From assembly GCA_021323265.1 (NCBI GenBank), contig JAJTCO010000008.1, positions 4,357 through 68,356 of the forward strand: 64,000 nt of DNA. Direction: 5' to 3'. Shown here in pieces: positions 1-8,791 of this stretch (position 1 is the stretch's first letter; each line of letters opens with the position of its first letter). The DNA is from Pseudoduganella sp. Lineage in GTDB: Bacteria; Pseudomonadota; Gammaproteobacteria; Burkholderiales; Burkholderiaceae_D. Both the position numbers and the translations under genes were made by a program. Below the pieces are notes generated by a model. The model had not been told where the DNA came from. It saw only the letters and a program-made list of their open reading frames with translations, and did not search any database.

Positions 1-2
1 GC

Positions 3-1799
3 GACACGCCCAACGGCCGCCTGCACAAGCAGTTGGTGGAGAGCGGCAAGGCGGCGCAAGTGTTTGCCTTCAGCCAGCCGGGCTTCGCGCCCAGCCTGCA
101 AGTGTTTGGCGCCGTGGTGAAGATGGGGCAGCCGGTGGAGCCGGTGCGCGACGAACTGATCGCGGCGGTGGAGGGCTTTGCCAAGGCCGCGCCCAGCGCC
201 GAGGAAATGGAGCGCGCGCGGCGCGAGTTCAGCAACGCGATCGAGAAGGCGCTGAACAATCCGCAGCAGGTGGGCGTGGCGCTGAGCGAGCATATCGCGC
301 TGGGCGACTGGCGCCTGCTGTTCCAGGGGCGCGACGGCCTGGGCGCGATCAGCGCGGCCCAGGTGGCCGAGTCGGCGGGGCGCTACCTCAAGCGCGACAA
401 CCGCGTGGTGGGCCATTTCGTGCCGGACGACGCGCCGCAGCGCGCGGAAATCGGGGCGGCGCCCACGGCGGCCGAACTGCTCAAGGACTACCGGGGCAAG
501 GCCGGCGCGCTGACGTCGGAAGTGTTCGATCCGAGCCAGGACAACATCATGGCGCGCACCGAGCTCGCGCAGCTGGGCGGCCTGAAGCTGGCGCTGCTGC
601 CCAAGCGCAACCGCGGCGAGACGGTGGCGCTGGACCTGCGCCTGCATTGGGGCGACGAGAAGAACCAGTTCGGGCAGCAGGTGGTGGCGGCGGCGGCCGA
701 CCAGATGCTCACGCGCGGCACCAGCAAGTATTCGCGCGCGCAGCTGGCCGATGCGATGTCGAAGCTGAAGATGACGGGCAGCCTGTACCAGTTCGAAACG
801 ACGCGCGAACACCTGGCGGCGGCGCTGCGCCTGCAGGCGCACGTGTTGAAGGAGCCGGCGTTCCCGGCAGCCGAATTCGAGCAGATGCGCCAGCAGTGGC
901 TGGTGGGCCTGGAAGCGTCGCGCAACGATCCGCAGGCGATGGCCGGGCGCGCGCTGGCGGAGTATTTCGACCACTGGCCCAAGGGTGATCCGCGCAGCGT
1001 GATGACGCTGGACGAGCAGGTGGCGGCGATCAAGGCGCTCAAGCTGGAGGACGTGAAGGCTTACCATGCCGCCTTCTATGGCGCTTCGCGCGGCGAGCTG
1101 TCGGTGGTGGGCGACTTCGACAAGGCCGAGCTGGTGAAGGTGGCCGGCGAGGAGCTGGCCGGCTGGCAGAGCAAGGCTTCCTACGCGCCCATCCTGGACC
1201 GGCACGTCGACAAGCCCGCCACGCGCGTGACGCTCGATGCGCCGGACAAGGAGAACGGCATGTTCGCGGCGCGCCTGAACATCGCGCTGCGCACCGACCA
1301 TCCCGACTACCCAGCGCTGGAACTGGCCAACTTCATCTTCGGCGACGGCGGCCTGAAATCGCGCCTGATGGACCGCATCCGCCAGAAGGACGGGCTGTCC
1401 TACGGCGGCGGCTCCGCCCTCGACGCCGGCGACCTGGACGACGCGGGCGGCTTTACCATCGAAGCGATCGCCGCGCCGCAGAACATGGTCAAGCTGGAGG
1501 CGGCCATCCGCCAGGAGCTGGAGCGCGCCGTCAAGCAGGGCTTCACCGCGGCGGAAGTGGCGGGCGCCAAGTCCGGCCTGATGCAGCAGCGCCTGCAGAA
1601 CCGCTCCAAGGACGACGTGCTGGCCGGCGCCTGGTCGCGCTTCCGCTACCTGGGCCGCACCTTCTTGTGGAGCAAGGAGCACGAGGCAAAGCTGAAGGCG
1701 CTCACGGCGCAGCAGGTGAGCGCCGCCTTCCGCAAGCACATCGACCCGGCCCGGTTGTCGGTGGTGATCGCCAGCGACGCGGCGAAAGCCAAGCGCTAA
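3..1799 (+). CDS. M16 family (pitrilysin/insulinase-like) zinc peptidase, 5'-truncated by window edge
   Basis: Frame is open from base 3 (DTPNGRLHKQLV...). Peptidase M16 C-terminal-type domains and the R/Y motif 'SRLMDRIRQKDGLSY'. HxxEH is not in the window. Confidence 0.85.
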   Translation, partial: DTPNGRLHKQLVESGKAAQVFAFSQPGFAPSLQVFGAVVKMGQPVEPVRDELIAAVEGFAKAAPSAEEMERARREFSNAIEKALNNPQQVGVALSEHIALGDWRLLFQGRDGLGAISAAQVAESAGRYLKRDNRVVGHFVPDDAPQRAEIGAAPTAAELLKDYRGKAGALTSEVFDPSQDNIMARTELAQLGGLKLALLPKRNRGETVALDLRLHWGDEKNQFGQQVVAAAADQMLTRGTSKYSRAQLADAMSKLKMTGSLYQFETTREHLAAALRLQAHVLKEPAFPAAEFEQMRQQWLVGLEASRNDPQAMAGRALAEYFDHWPKGDPRSVMTLDEQVAAIKALKLEDVKAYHAAFYGASRGELSVVGDFDKAELVKVAGEELAGWQSKASYAPILDRHVDKPATRVTLDAPDKENGMFAARLNIALRTDHPDYPALELANFIFGDGGLKSRLMDRIRQKDGLSYGGGSALDAGDLDDAGGFTIEAIAAPQNMVKLEAAIRQELERAVKQGFTAAEVAGAKSGLMQQRLQNRSKDDVLAGAWSRFRYLGRTFLWSKEHEAKLKALTAQQVSAAFRKHIDPARLSVVIASDAAKAKR

Positions 1800-2536
1800 G
1801 GCGTACTGAGTTCGGCGACGAAGTCGTACATGTCGCCGCGGAAGATGGAGCGGCAAAATTCCACGGCGCGCCCGTCGCGCAGGAAGCCGAGGCGTTCCAC
1901 CGCCAGGCCGGCGTCGCCTTCCCTGGCCTGCAGCAGGCGCGCCTGCTCGCCCGTCAGCAGCAGGGCGGACAGGCGCTGCAGCGCGCGCACCGGGCGGTTG
2001 CCCGCCGCCTCCAGCGCCTCGTACATCGAAACATCCACCGCTTCCAGCGCGGGCAGGGCGCTGGCCACGATGGTGGCGTATTCCACGCACATCGGCACGT
2101 CGTCGGCAAAGCGGATGCGGTGATAGCGGTACACCGGCGCGCCCGGGCTCAAACGCAGGCGCAGCGCTTCCTCCGGCGTCACCGTGCCCTGCGACTTCTT
2201 CAGCCACACGCTGCGCGGCGTGCGCCCGCGCGAGCGCATGTCTTCCGAGAAGGACGTGAGCTTGGCGAAATTCTTTTCGATGCGCGTGTTGATGAAGTTG
2301 CCCGAGCCGGGACGGCGCACCAGCAAGCCTTCCTCCACCAGGCCGTCGATCGCCTTGCGCACCGTGATGCGGGAAATATTCAGGTCGGCCGCCAGCACGC
2401 GCTCGGCGGGCAGGGCCTCCTCCGGGCCGTACAGCTGGGAATTGATCGCTTCGCGCAGGGCGCGCTGCAGCAGCTGGTACAGCGGTTGGCTACTGGTCTG
2501 CACCAGGTCGGCCATGATCTGCGCGAGCGTTGTCAT
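1796..2536 (-). CDS. GntR/HutC-family transcriptional regulator (UTRA domain), NagQ-like
   Basis: wHTH 'LPAERVLAADLNISRITVRKAIDGLVEEGLLVRRPGSGNFI' followed by a UTRA domain 'KLTSFSEDMRSRG'. ATG at 2536 after GGGAGA. Divergent from the TonB receptor gene. Confidence 0.9.
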   Translation of the reverse strand: MTTLAQIMADLVQTSSQPLYQLLQRALREAINSQLYGPEEALPAERVLAADLNISRITVRKAIDGLVEEGLLVRRPGSGNFINTRIEKNFAKLTSFSEDMRSRGRTPRSVWLKKSQGTVTPEEALRLRLSPGAPVYRYHRIRFADDVPMCVEYATIVASALPALEAVDVSMYEALEAAGNRPVRALQRLSALLLTGEQARLLQAREGDAGLAVERLGFLRDGRAVEFCRSIFRGDMYDFVAELSTP

Positions 2537-2563
2537 CGAGTCTCCCGTTGTAGTGCGGCTGAT

Positions 2564-2776
2564 AATACCAAAAAAAGACCTTCTGACCAGAGGTATGCAT
2601 TGCGTTCTATCAACGCCTCCCATGAGATAGCGCTATCACGGGCCTTTTCTAGGCAAAGTGGTATGTCTTTTCAGTACAACATGTGAAAAAAATATGAAAA
2701 TTGGTAGTGTTCTGGTATTCGATCGGGGTATATTGGCGTCCAATTGGTTTTAAACGTGGTTTTCGTCAAAGGTACT
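2564..2776. promoter_or_regulatory. Array of TGGTAT(T)-like direct repeats, putative GntR (NagQ-type) operator
   Basis: AATACCA 2564, TGGTATG 2659, TGGTAGT 2702, TGGTATT 2713, TGGTTTT 2745 and 2757, AGGTACT 2770. Several are 11-13 bp apart in an AT-rich divergent promoter region. Confidence 0.6.
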
Positions 2777-2819
2777 ATCAGACCGGGCTTTGAGACAGGC
2801 CCATACTTAGGGGGAGTAA

Positions 2820-5471
2820 ATGAACCGCAATATGACACCGATCGCGACCGCAGTCGCCATCCTGATCGCCACCACTGGCATGGCGCAAGCGCAGCAGGCA
2901 GCTCAGGTTCCGGAGCCGAGCGTCGTGATCGTGACTGGCGTGCGTGCAGCACTCGCACAATCGATCAACCAGAAGCGCAATGCCGACTCGCTGGTTGAAG
3001 TGATCACCGCAGAAGACGTGGGCAAGATGCCGGACAAGAGCGTGGCCGACTCGCTGCAGCGCGTGCCTGGCGTGTCCGTGGCGACCGCGGGCGGCGCCGA
3101 AGGCGGCTTTGGCGAGAACGACCGCGTCAGCCTGAAGGGCACGCCCTCCAACCTGGCGCTGACCACCCTGAACGGCCATACGGTGTCCAGCGGCGACTGG
3201 TATATCTCCAACATCACCAACGGCGGCCGCTCGGTCAGCTATTCGATGTTCCCGTCCGAACTGATCGGCCGTGTCACCGTGAACAAGTCGTCCCAGGCCA
3301 ACCTGATCGAAGGCGGCGCTTCCGGTAATGTGGACATCGAAACGCGCAAGCCGCTGAGCTTCAAGAACCCGCTGACCCTGATGGGCGCCGTGACCGGCGT
3401 CTACAGCGAAGGCTCGAAGAAGACCGACGCGCAGTTCAGCGCCCTGGGCAACTGGAAGAATGAACAGAACAACGTGGGCGTGCTGGTCCAGGTGTTCGAC
3501 GAAAAGCGCACGCTGCGCCGCATCGGCCAGGAATTCCTGTGGTGGGACAAGATCTCCAGCGGCTATGCGCCGCAGTGGGTGGCGGCCAATCCCGAAGTGA
3601 ACGGCAAGTGGCTCTCGCTGCTGACCGGTACCGCCATGTTCAACCAGGAGCGCGAACGCAAGGGCGGCATGATCGACCTGCAGGTCAAGGTCAACAAGGA
3701 ATTCGACTTCGACATCAATGCCTTCTACACCCGCCTGGACGCGGACAACGTCAATGCCAACTTCATGCTGGCACCATACCAGCCGCTGACCAACAACTGG
3801 TCCGGCGTGGGCGGCGTCATCCCGTCCAAGTGGACCGTCACCGGCGACACCATCACGTCGATCACCTTCCCGAGCACCTGCCCGGTGGCGGACTGCTCGA
3901 AGATGGGCCCTTCGGTGCAGGACATCATCGCCCGTCCCGGCTCCTATAGCGATTCCAAGTTCGTCAACTTCGACTTCAACTACCGCCCCAACCAGGACTT
4001 GAAGTTCAAGGGCCAGGTCGGCACCACCCGCGGCACCGGCTACGCGCGCGACTATGGCTACGAGGCATGGCTGGCCTATTCCGGCAGCAGCCTGACCACC
4101 TATGGCCTGGATGCCCCGGCCACCGTGACCGTGGACAACGCCGCCACCTTCAACCCGCGCACGGGCGCCGACTTCTTCGGCGGCTGGGCTTCGGACGTGA
4201 CCGCGAAGGACAAGGAAACCTACGGCCAGATCGACGGCCAGTACAAGACCCAGTGGGACAGCGTGCCGACCCTGCACTTCGGCCTGCGTACCGCGGACCA
4301 CGAGCGCTCCCTGACCTGGCTGGGCGGCACCGTGGCGCCAGCCGGTTCGCAGTTGGCCAACCGTCCTACCGGCTTGACCAACTTCCCGAACAGCCCACTG
4401 CCTAACCTGTTGAACAAGGCCTGGACCTTCGACGCCGCGTCGATGAAGGCCTGGGGCGACAAGTACGTGACCTTCAACAACCACGCCTACCAGAGCGAAT
4501 TCCTGATCAAGGAAAAGGCGCACGCAGCGTACGTGATGGGTGACCTGGACTTTGGCAACATCGGCGGCAATATCGGCGTGCGCTTCGTGCAGACCAAGAT
4601 CGACGTCGACAACGGCTCGCCGAACAACGTGTGGAAGCCGGTGCACAGCTCCAACACCTACAACGACTTCCTGCCAAGCATCAACCTGCATACCGAACTG
4701 GCGCCGGACGTGAAACTGCGCGGTGCCGCAAGCCGCACCCTGGCACGTCCCGACTTCGGTTCGCTGGGCGCGCTGAGCCTGAACGACCTGACCTTCTCCG
4801 GTTCCGGCGGCAATCCGAACCTGCGTCCGATCATGTCGAACAATGTCGATGTGGGCCTGGAGTGGTACTTCCTGCCGAAGTCCCTGCTGGGCATGAACAT
4901 CTACAACATGAACATGGGTTCCTACGTGACCTTCGGTTCGTCGCAGGCGGACTTCTTCAACCAGTCCGTCGGCCGTGTCACCACCTACAACATGAGCGCC
5001 GCGGTGAACACCAAGGCCCGTGTGCGCGGCGTGGAACTGCAGTACGTGCAGGACTTCGGCAACGGCTTCGGCGTGAACGCGAACTACACCTACGCCGACG
5101 GCAAGGAAACCGCCAAGGCGCCGAAGTCGGCGTGCGCGGACCTGGGCGACTGCAGCATGATCGGCACCTCGAAGAACTCCTACAACCTGGGCGTGTACTA
5201 CGAGACCAGCAAGTTCAGTGCGCGCGTCAACTACAGCTTCCGTTCGGCTTTCCTGAATGGTCTGGACCGCAACAGCGCAATCTACCAGGATGATGTCGGC
5301 ACCCTGTCCGCCGCCTTCAACTACAACCTGAGCGAGAACCTGACCTTGTCGCTGGAAGGCAAGGACCTGAACGATCCGACCCTGAAGTCTTACGCCACCA
5401 GCAAGAACCAGCCACGCGCGTTCTACAAGAACGGCAAGCAACTGTTCTTCGGTGTGCGCGGCAAGATGTAA
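2820..5471 (+). CDS. TonB-dependent receptor, probable chito-oligosaccharide/GlcNAc uptake
   Basis: Signal peptide; TonB box/plug 'VVIVTGVRAAL...ITAEDVGKMPDKSVADSLQRVPGV'; beta-barrel C-terminus 'LFFGVRGKM'; context in the nag locus. Confidence 0.92.
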   Translation: MNRNMTPIATAVAILIATTGMAQAQQAAQVPEPSVVIVTGVRAALAQSINQKRNADSLVEVITAEDVGKMPDKSVADSLQRVPGVSVATAGGAEGGFGENDRVSLKGTPSNLALTTLNGHTVSSGDWYISNITNGGRSVSYSMFPSELIGRVTVNKSSQANLIEGGASGNVDIETRKPLSFKNPLTLMGAVTGVYSEGSKKTDAQFSALGNWKNEQNNVGVLVQVFDEKRTLRRIGQEFLWWDKISSGYAPQWVAANPEVNGKWLSLLTGTAMFNQERERKGGMIDLQVKVNKEFDFDINAFYTRLDADNVNANFMLAPYQPLTNNWSGVGGVIPSKWTVTGDTITSITFPSTCPVADCSKMGPSVQDIIARPGSYSDSKFVNFDFNYRPNQDLKFKGQVGTTRGTGYARDYGYEAWLAYSGSSLTTYGLDAPATVTVDNAATFNPRTGADFFGGWASDVTAKDKETYGQIDGQYKTQWDSVPTLHFGLRTADHERSLTWLGGTVAPAGSQLANRPTGLTNFPNSPLPNLLNKAWTFDAASMKAWGDKYVTFNNHAYQSEFLIKEKAHAAYVMGDLDFGNIGGNIGVRFVQTKIDVDNGSPNNVWKPVHSSNTYNDFLPSINLHTELAPDVKLRGAASRTLARPDFGSLGALSLNDLTFSGSGGNPNLRPIMSNNVDVGLEWYFLPKSLLGMNIYNMNMGSYVTFGSSQADFFNQSVGRVTTYNMSAAVNTKARVRGVELQYVQDFGNGFGVNANYTYADGKETAKAPKSACADLGDCSMIGTSKNSYNLGVYYETSKFSARVNYSFRSAFLNGLDRNSAIYQDDVGTLSAAFNYNLSENLTLSLEGKDLNDPTLKSYATSKNQPRAFYKNGKQLFFGVRGKM

Positions 5472-5493
5472 TTCTCCCTGAAGTGAGACTTGC

Positions 5494-5524
5494 GGCAGGG
5501 TTCCTCCGGGGCCCTGCCTTTTTT
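5494..5524 (+). terminator. Rho-independent terminator/attenuating hairpin after the TonB receptor
   Basis: GGCAGGGTTCC-TCC-GGGGCCCTGCC followed by T6. Confidence 0.75.
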
Positions 5525-5540
5525 GTATCCGGAGTTTGAA

Positions 5541-6479
5541 ATGCGACAGATTCTCCTGGCGGCGCTGGCCGCCATCGGCGCGGCAGCCTTGCCGGCCAGT
5601 GCGCTGGCGGCCCCTGCCGCGGTCAGCGGCCCTTACAAGTACCTCTCCCCATGGGATCCAGCGCACGGCGTCCAGACCTGGGCCTTCGCCAGCGGCGAGT
5701 GCGGCCAGGAACGCTGGGGTGGGCTCGATGGCGCCGAGGTGGCTGCCGCCAACGTGGCGCGCTTCGTGCAGGCCGGCGTGGGCTACATCGTTTCCACGGG
5801 CGGGCAGGGCAACATCTTCACCTGTGCCACCGATGCGGGCATGGAAGCTTTCGTCTCGCGCTACAAATCGGCGCAGCTGATCGGCTTTGACTTCGATATC
5901 GAGCATGGCCAGACGCCGGCGCAGATCGATTCGCTGGTGCAGCGCATCGCCCACGTGCAGAAGACGCATCCGGGCTGGCGCTACAGCTTCACCATCGCCA
6001 CCCATGCTGCATCCGACGGCAGCCGGCGCAGCCTGAACGCCACTGGCGAGCAGGTGCTGGCGGCGCTGCGCCGGCACGCCGTGCAGGACTTCGTCCTGAA
6101 CCTGATGGTGATGGATTACGGGCCGGCCAGCCGCAAGGTGTGCGTGGTACGGCGCGGGCGTTGCGACATGGGCGCGTCGGCCGTGCAGGCGGCGCACAAC
6201 GTGCACCGCAAGTACAAGGTGCCGTATGCGCAGATCGCGCTGACGCCGATGATCGGCGTGAACGACGTGCTGGAGAACGTCTTCACGCTGGAGGACGCGC
6301 GCGCCACGGCACAGGCGGTGCGCAAGATGGGCATGGCGGGCGTGCATTACTGGTCGCTTGACCGCGACAAGCCGTGCGCCAAGCCAACCAAGGGCGCCGA
6401 TCCGTCGTGCAGCACGATGCCGGACGTGCCTGCCGGGGCCTACCAGCGGGCGCTGGTGCCGCCGCCGGCAACGCAATGA
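5541..6479 (+). CDS. Secreted GH18 chitinase-like glycoside hydrolase
   Basis: Signal peptide; 'IVSTGG' (SxGG), 'GFDFDIE' (DxDxE), 'NLMVMDYG', 'TPMIGVND', 'HYWSLDRD'. Confidence 0.85.
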   Translation: MRQILLAALAAIGAAALPASALAAPAAVSGPYKYLSPWDPAHGVQTWAFASGECGQERWGGLDGAEVAAANVARFVQAGVGYIVSTGGQGNIFTCATDAGMEAFVSRYKSAQLIGFDFDIEHGQTPAQIDSLVQRIAHVQKTHPGWRYSFTIATHAASDGSRRSLNATGEQVLAALRRHAVQDFVLNLMVMDYGPASRKVCVVRRGRCDMGASAVQAAHNVHRKYKVPYAQIALTPMIGVNDVLENVFTLEDARATAQAVRKMGMAGVHYWSLDRDKPCAKPTKGADPSCSTMPDVPAGAYQRALVPPPATQ

Positions 6480-7558
6480 GCGTGCCGTTCGCGGGCCAGG
6501 CTGCCCGCTATCCTTCGCTCGACGTACTGCGCGGCCTGACGGTTGCGCTGATGATCATCGTCAACACGCCGGGCAGCTGGAGCCATGTCTACGCCCCGCT
6601 GCTGCACGCGCCCTGGCACGGCTTCACGCCGACCGACTGGGTGTTCCCGGCTTTCCTGTTCGTGGTCGGCAATGCGCTGGCGTTTACGCTGCCGCGCTAC
6701 GCCGGCATGGGCAGCCGCGCCGTGCTGGCAAAGATCGGCCAGCGCAGCGCAACCATCGTTGCGCTGGGTCTGATGCTTTGCCTGCTGCCCAAGCTGGGGC
6801 AAGCGCTTGGCGACGTGCGCCTGCCGGGCGTATTGCAGCGCATCGGCCTGTGCTTCGGCATCGCGGCGCTGGTGCTGTACTGGCTGGGCGAGCGCGGCGC
6901 GCTGGCCTTTGGCGCGCTGGCGCTGCTGGGGCACTGGGCCGTGCTGGCGCTGTTCGGCGACTACAGCCTGCAGGGTAATGCCGCACGCGCCGTCGACCTG
7001 TGGCTGTTCGGCGCCGGCCACCTTTACCAGGGCGAGGGCATCCCCTTCGATCCGGAAGGTTTGCTGGGCACCCTGCCGGCGACCGTCAACGTGATCGCCG
7101 GCTATGTCGCCGGCCGCTCCTTGCGCGAACGCGGGGCGACGCCGCGCACGCTGGCCATGCTGGCCGGGACGGGTCTGGCGCTGTCGGTGCTGGCGCTGTG
7201 CTGGGCGCCCCTGCTGCCGATCAACAAGAAGCTGTGGACGGGCAGCTATGTGCTGCTGTCGAGCGGCACGGCGCTGCTGGTGCTGGCCGCGCTGGCGTGG
7301 CTCATCGAGGTGCGCGGCGCACGCGGCTGGACGTACTTCTTCGAGGTGTTCGGCCGGAACACCCTGTTCATCTACCTGTTGTCGCAGCTTGCCGTGGTGG
7401 CGTTGGAGAAGGCAGGCTGGTACGCGCCGCTGGCTGCCACGCTGGCATTCGTGGGCAGCGCGCAGGCGGCGTCGCTGGCGTTCGCAGTCCTGTTTACGCT
7501 GGCCTGCTGGCTGGTTGGCTACTGGCTGGACCGCCGGGGCATCTACCTCAAGGTCTAG
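6476..7558 (+). CDS. NagX/HGSNAT-like membrane acyltransferase (DUF5009)
   Basis: 'SLDVLRGLTVALMIIVN', 'HAPWHG...DWVFPAFLFVVG', 'GVLQRIG', 'FDPEGLL', 'PINKKLWT'. ATGA overlap with the chitinase. Confidence 0.85.
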   Translation: MSVPFAGQAARYPSLDVLRGLTVALMIIVNTPGSWSHVYAPLLHAPWHGFTPTDWVFPAFLFVVGNALAFTLPRYAGMGSRAVLAKIGQRSATIVALGLMLCLLPKLGQALGDVRLPGVLQRIGLCFGIAALVLYWLGERGALAFGALALLGHWAVLALFGDYSLQGNAARAVDLWLFGAGHLYQGEGIPFDPEGLLGTLPATVNVIAGYVAGRSLRERGATPRTLAMLAGTGLALSVLALCWAPLLPINKKLWTGSYVLLSSGTALLVLAALAWLIEVRGARGWTYFFEVFGRNTLFIYLLSQLAVVALEKAGWYAPLAATLAFVGSAQAASLAFAVLFTLACWLVGYWLDRRGIYLKV

Positions 7559-8715
7559 AACTTCAGGCGCAGTCCGGCGCGGTTGGCCAGCGCCACCAGG
7601 GCCAGCATCAGCGCCGTCATCGCGCTGGCGTTGGCCAGGCCGGCGGCGCCGCCGCTGTCCAGGTAGGGCCACCAGAAACGCGGCATGTGCAGCACGGCCG
7701 CCGCCTGCTCGAACAGGTCCGGCAGGATGTAGGCCAGCAGCGCGTTGCCGCCGGCCGGCAGCAGCCACGCCACGGCGCGCCGCTGCTGGCGCACGTCGAC
7801 CAGCCAGTAGAAGGCCAGGAAAAGCGCCAGCGCCAGGCCGGCGCACACGAGCGTGTAGGCAGCGGTGGCGTGGATCTTGTTGATGCCGTGATAGGGCCGC
7901 AGCAGCAGGCCGGCGAGGACAAAGGCCAAGGCCATCCAGGCCATCTGGCGCATGCGCAGCCGGTGCGGCATGTCGACCCGGAACAGGTTGCCGACCAGGA
8001 CGCCCGCCATGACATTGGCGGCCGTGGAACCCAGCACTTGCGGGATGTTGACGAAGGCGCGCAGGCCGGCGGGCAGCCAGTCCAGCGCGCCCGCCATGCC
8101 GCCCAGGTAGAGCGCCAGCATGAGGGCAAACACCCCGGCCAGGGGCGCGCTGCCGCCGCCGGCCAGCACGAAGGCCACGCTGCAGGCCAGGTAGCCCCAG
8201 CCGATCATGCCGAGAATGCCCCACCAGTCGGTCTGCAGGCCGCCCGGGAAGCGCAGCACGAGCAGCGCCATCAGCGCGCCGCCCAGCCATTTCGGCCAGC
8301 GCCGCGCGCTGCCGTGGCCCTGCGCCGGTTCCTGGCGCCACAGCAGGATCATCGCGCCATAGAACAGCAGGTAGTACCAGGCGCGCGGCAGCAGGGCGGC
8401 GGCGCTGTCGTAGCGGCCCGCGTTGAGCAGCATGACGCCGGCCAGCATCAGGCTGGCCGAGCGCCACAGCAGCCTGCCCAGCAGCTGCGCATCCATGCCG
8501 CTGCCGGCGGCGCGCCGCAGCGACAGCGGGATGGCCACGCCCACAATGAACAGGAAGCCGGGAAACACCAGGTCCGGCAGCGTCAGGCCGTCGGCCTGTG
8601 GCCCGGTATGCTGCAGCCAGTACGGCGTGTCGCGCATGCCGGCGATATAGTTCACCCAGATCATCGCAAGGATGATGAAACCCCGGAACGCATCCAGGCT
8701 TGCCAGTCGCTGCAT
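7555..8715 (-). CDS. Second NagX/HGSNAT-like membrane acyltransferase (DUF5009)
   Basis: 'RLASLDAFRG...MIWVN', 'DLVFPGFLFIVGVAIP', 'WWGILGMIGWGY', 'GINKIHAT', 'GNALLAY'. Confidence 0.8.
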   Translation of the reverse strand: MQRLASLDAFRGFIILAMIWVNYIAGMRDTPYWLQHTGPQADGLTLPDLVFPGFLFIVGVAIPLSLRRAAGSGMDAQLLGRLLWRSASLMLAGVMLLNAGRYDSAAALLPRAWYYLLFYGAMILLWRQEPAQGHGSARRWPKWLGGALMALLVLRFPGGLQTDWWGILGMIGWGYLACSVAFVLAGGGSAPLAGVFALMLALYLGGMAGALDWLPAGLRAFVNIPQVLGSTAANVMAGVLVGNLFRVDMPHRLRMRQMAWMALAFVLAGLLLRPYHGINKIHATAAYTLVCAGLALALFLAFYWLVDVRQQRRAVAWLLPAGGNALLAYILPDLFEQAAAVLHMPRFWWPYLDSGGAAGLANASAMTALMLALVALANRAGLRLKF

Positions 8716-8731
8716 CGGCTCCCTCTAGTCG

Positions 8732-8768
8732 AAAAAAAAGCGGGAAGGCCCGAAGGCCTTTCCCGCTT
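8732..8768 (-). terminator. Rho-independent terminator after the TPR gene
   Basis: AAGCGGGAAGGCC-CGAA-GGCCTTTCCCGCTT, with A8 on the + strand (U-tract on the - strand). Confidence 0.8.
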
Positions 8769-8791
8769 GTGTGTCGTTCACGACAACTGCA

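Noticed and set aside
2778-6476. 1232-aa minus-strand ORF (and similar long antisense ORFs at 11249-14101, 22330-24813, 33338-35983, 56554-58590)
   Set aside because: Shadow ORFs opposite well-supported genes, typical of high-GC codon bias. They contain no recognisable motifs.
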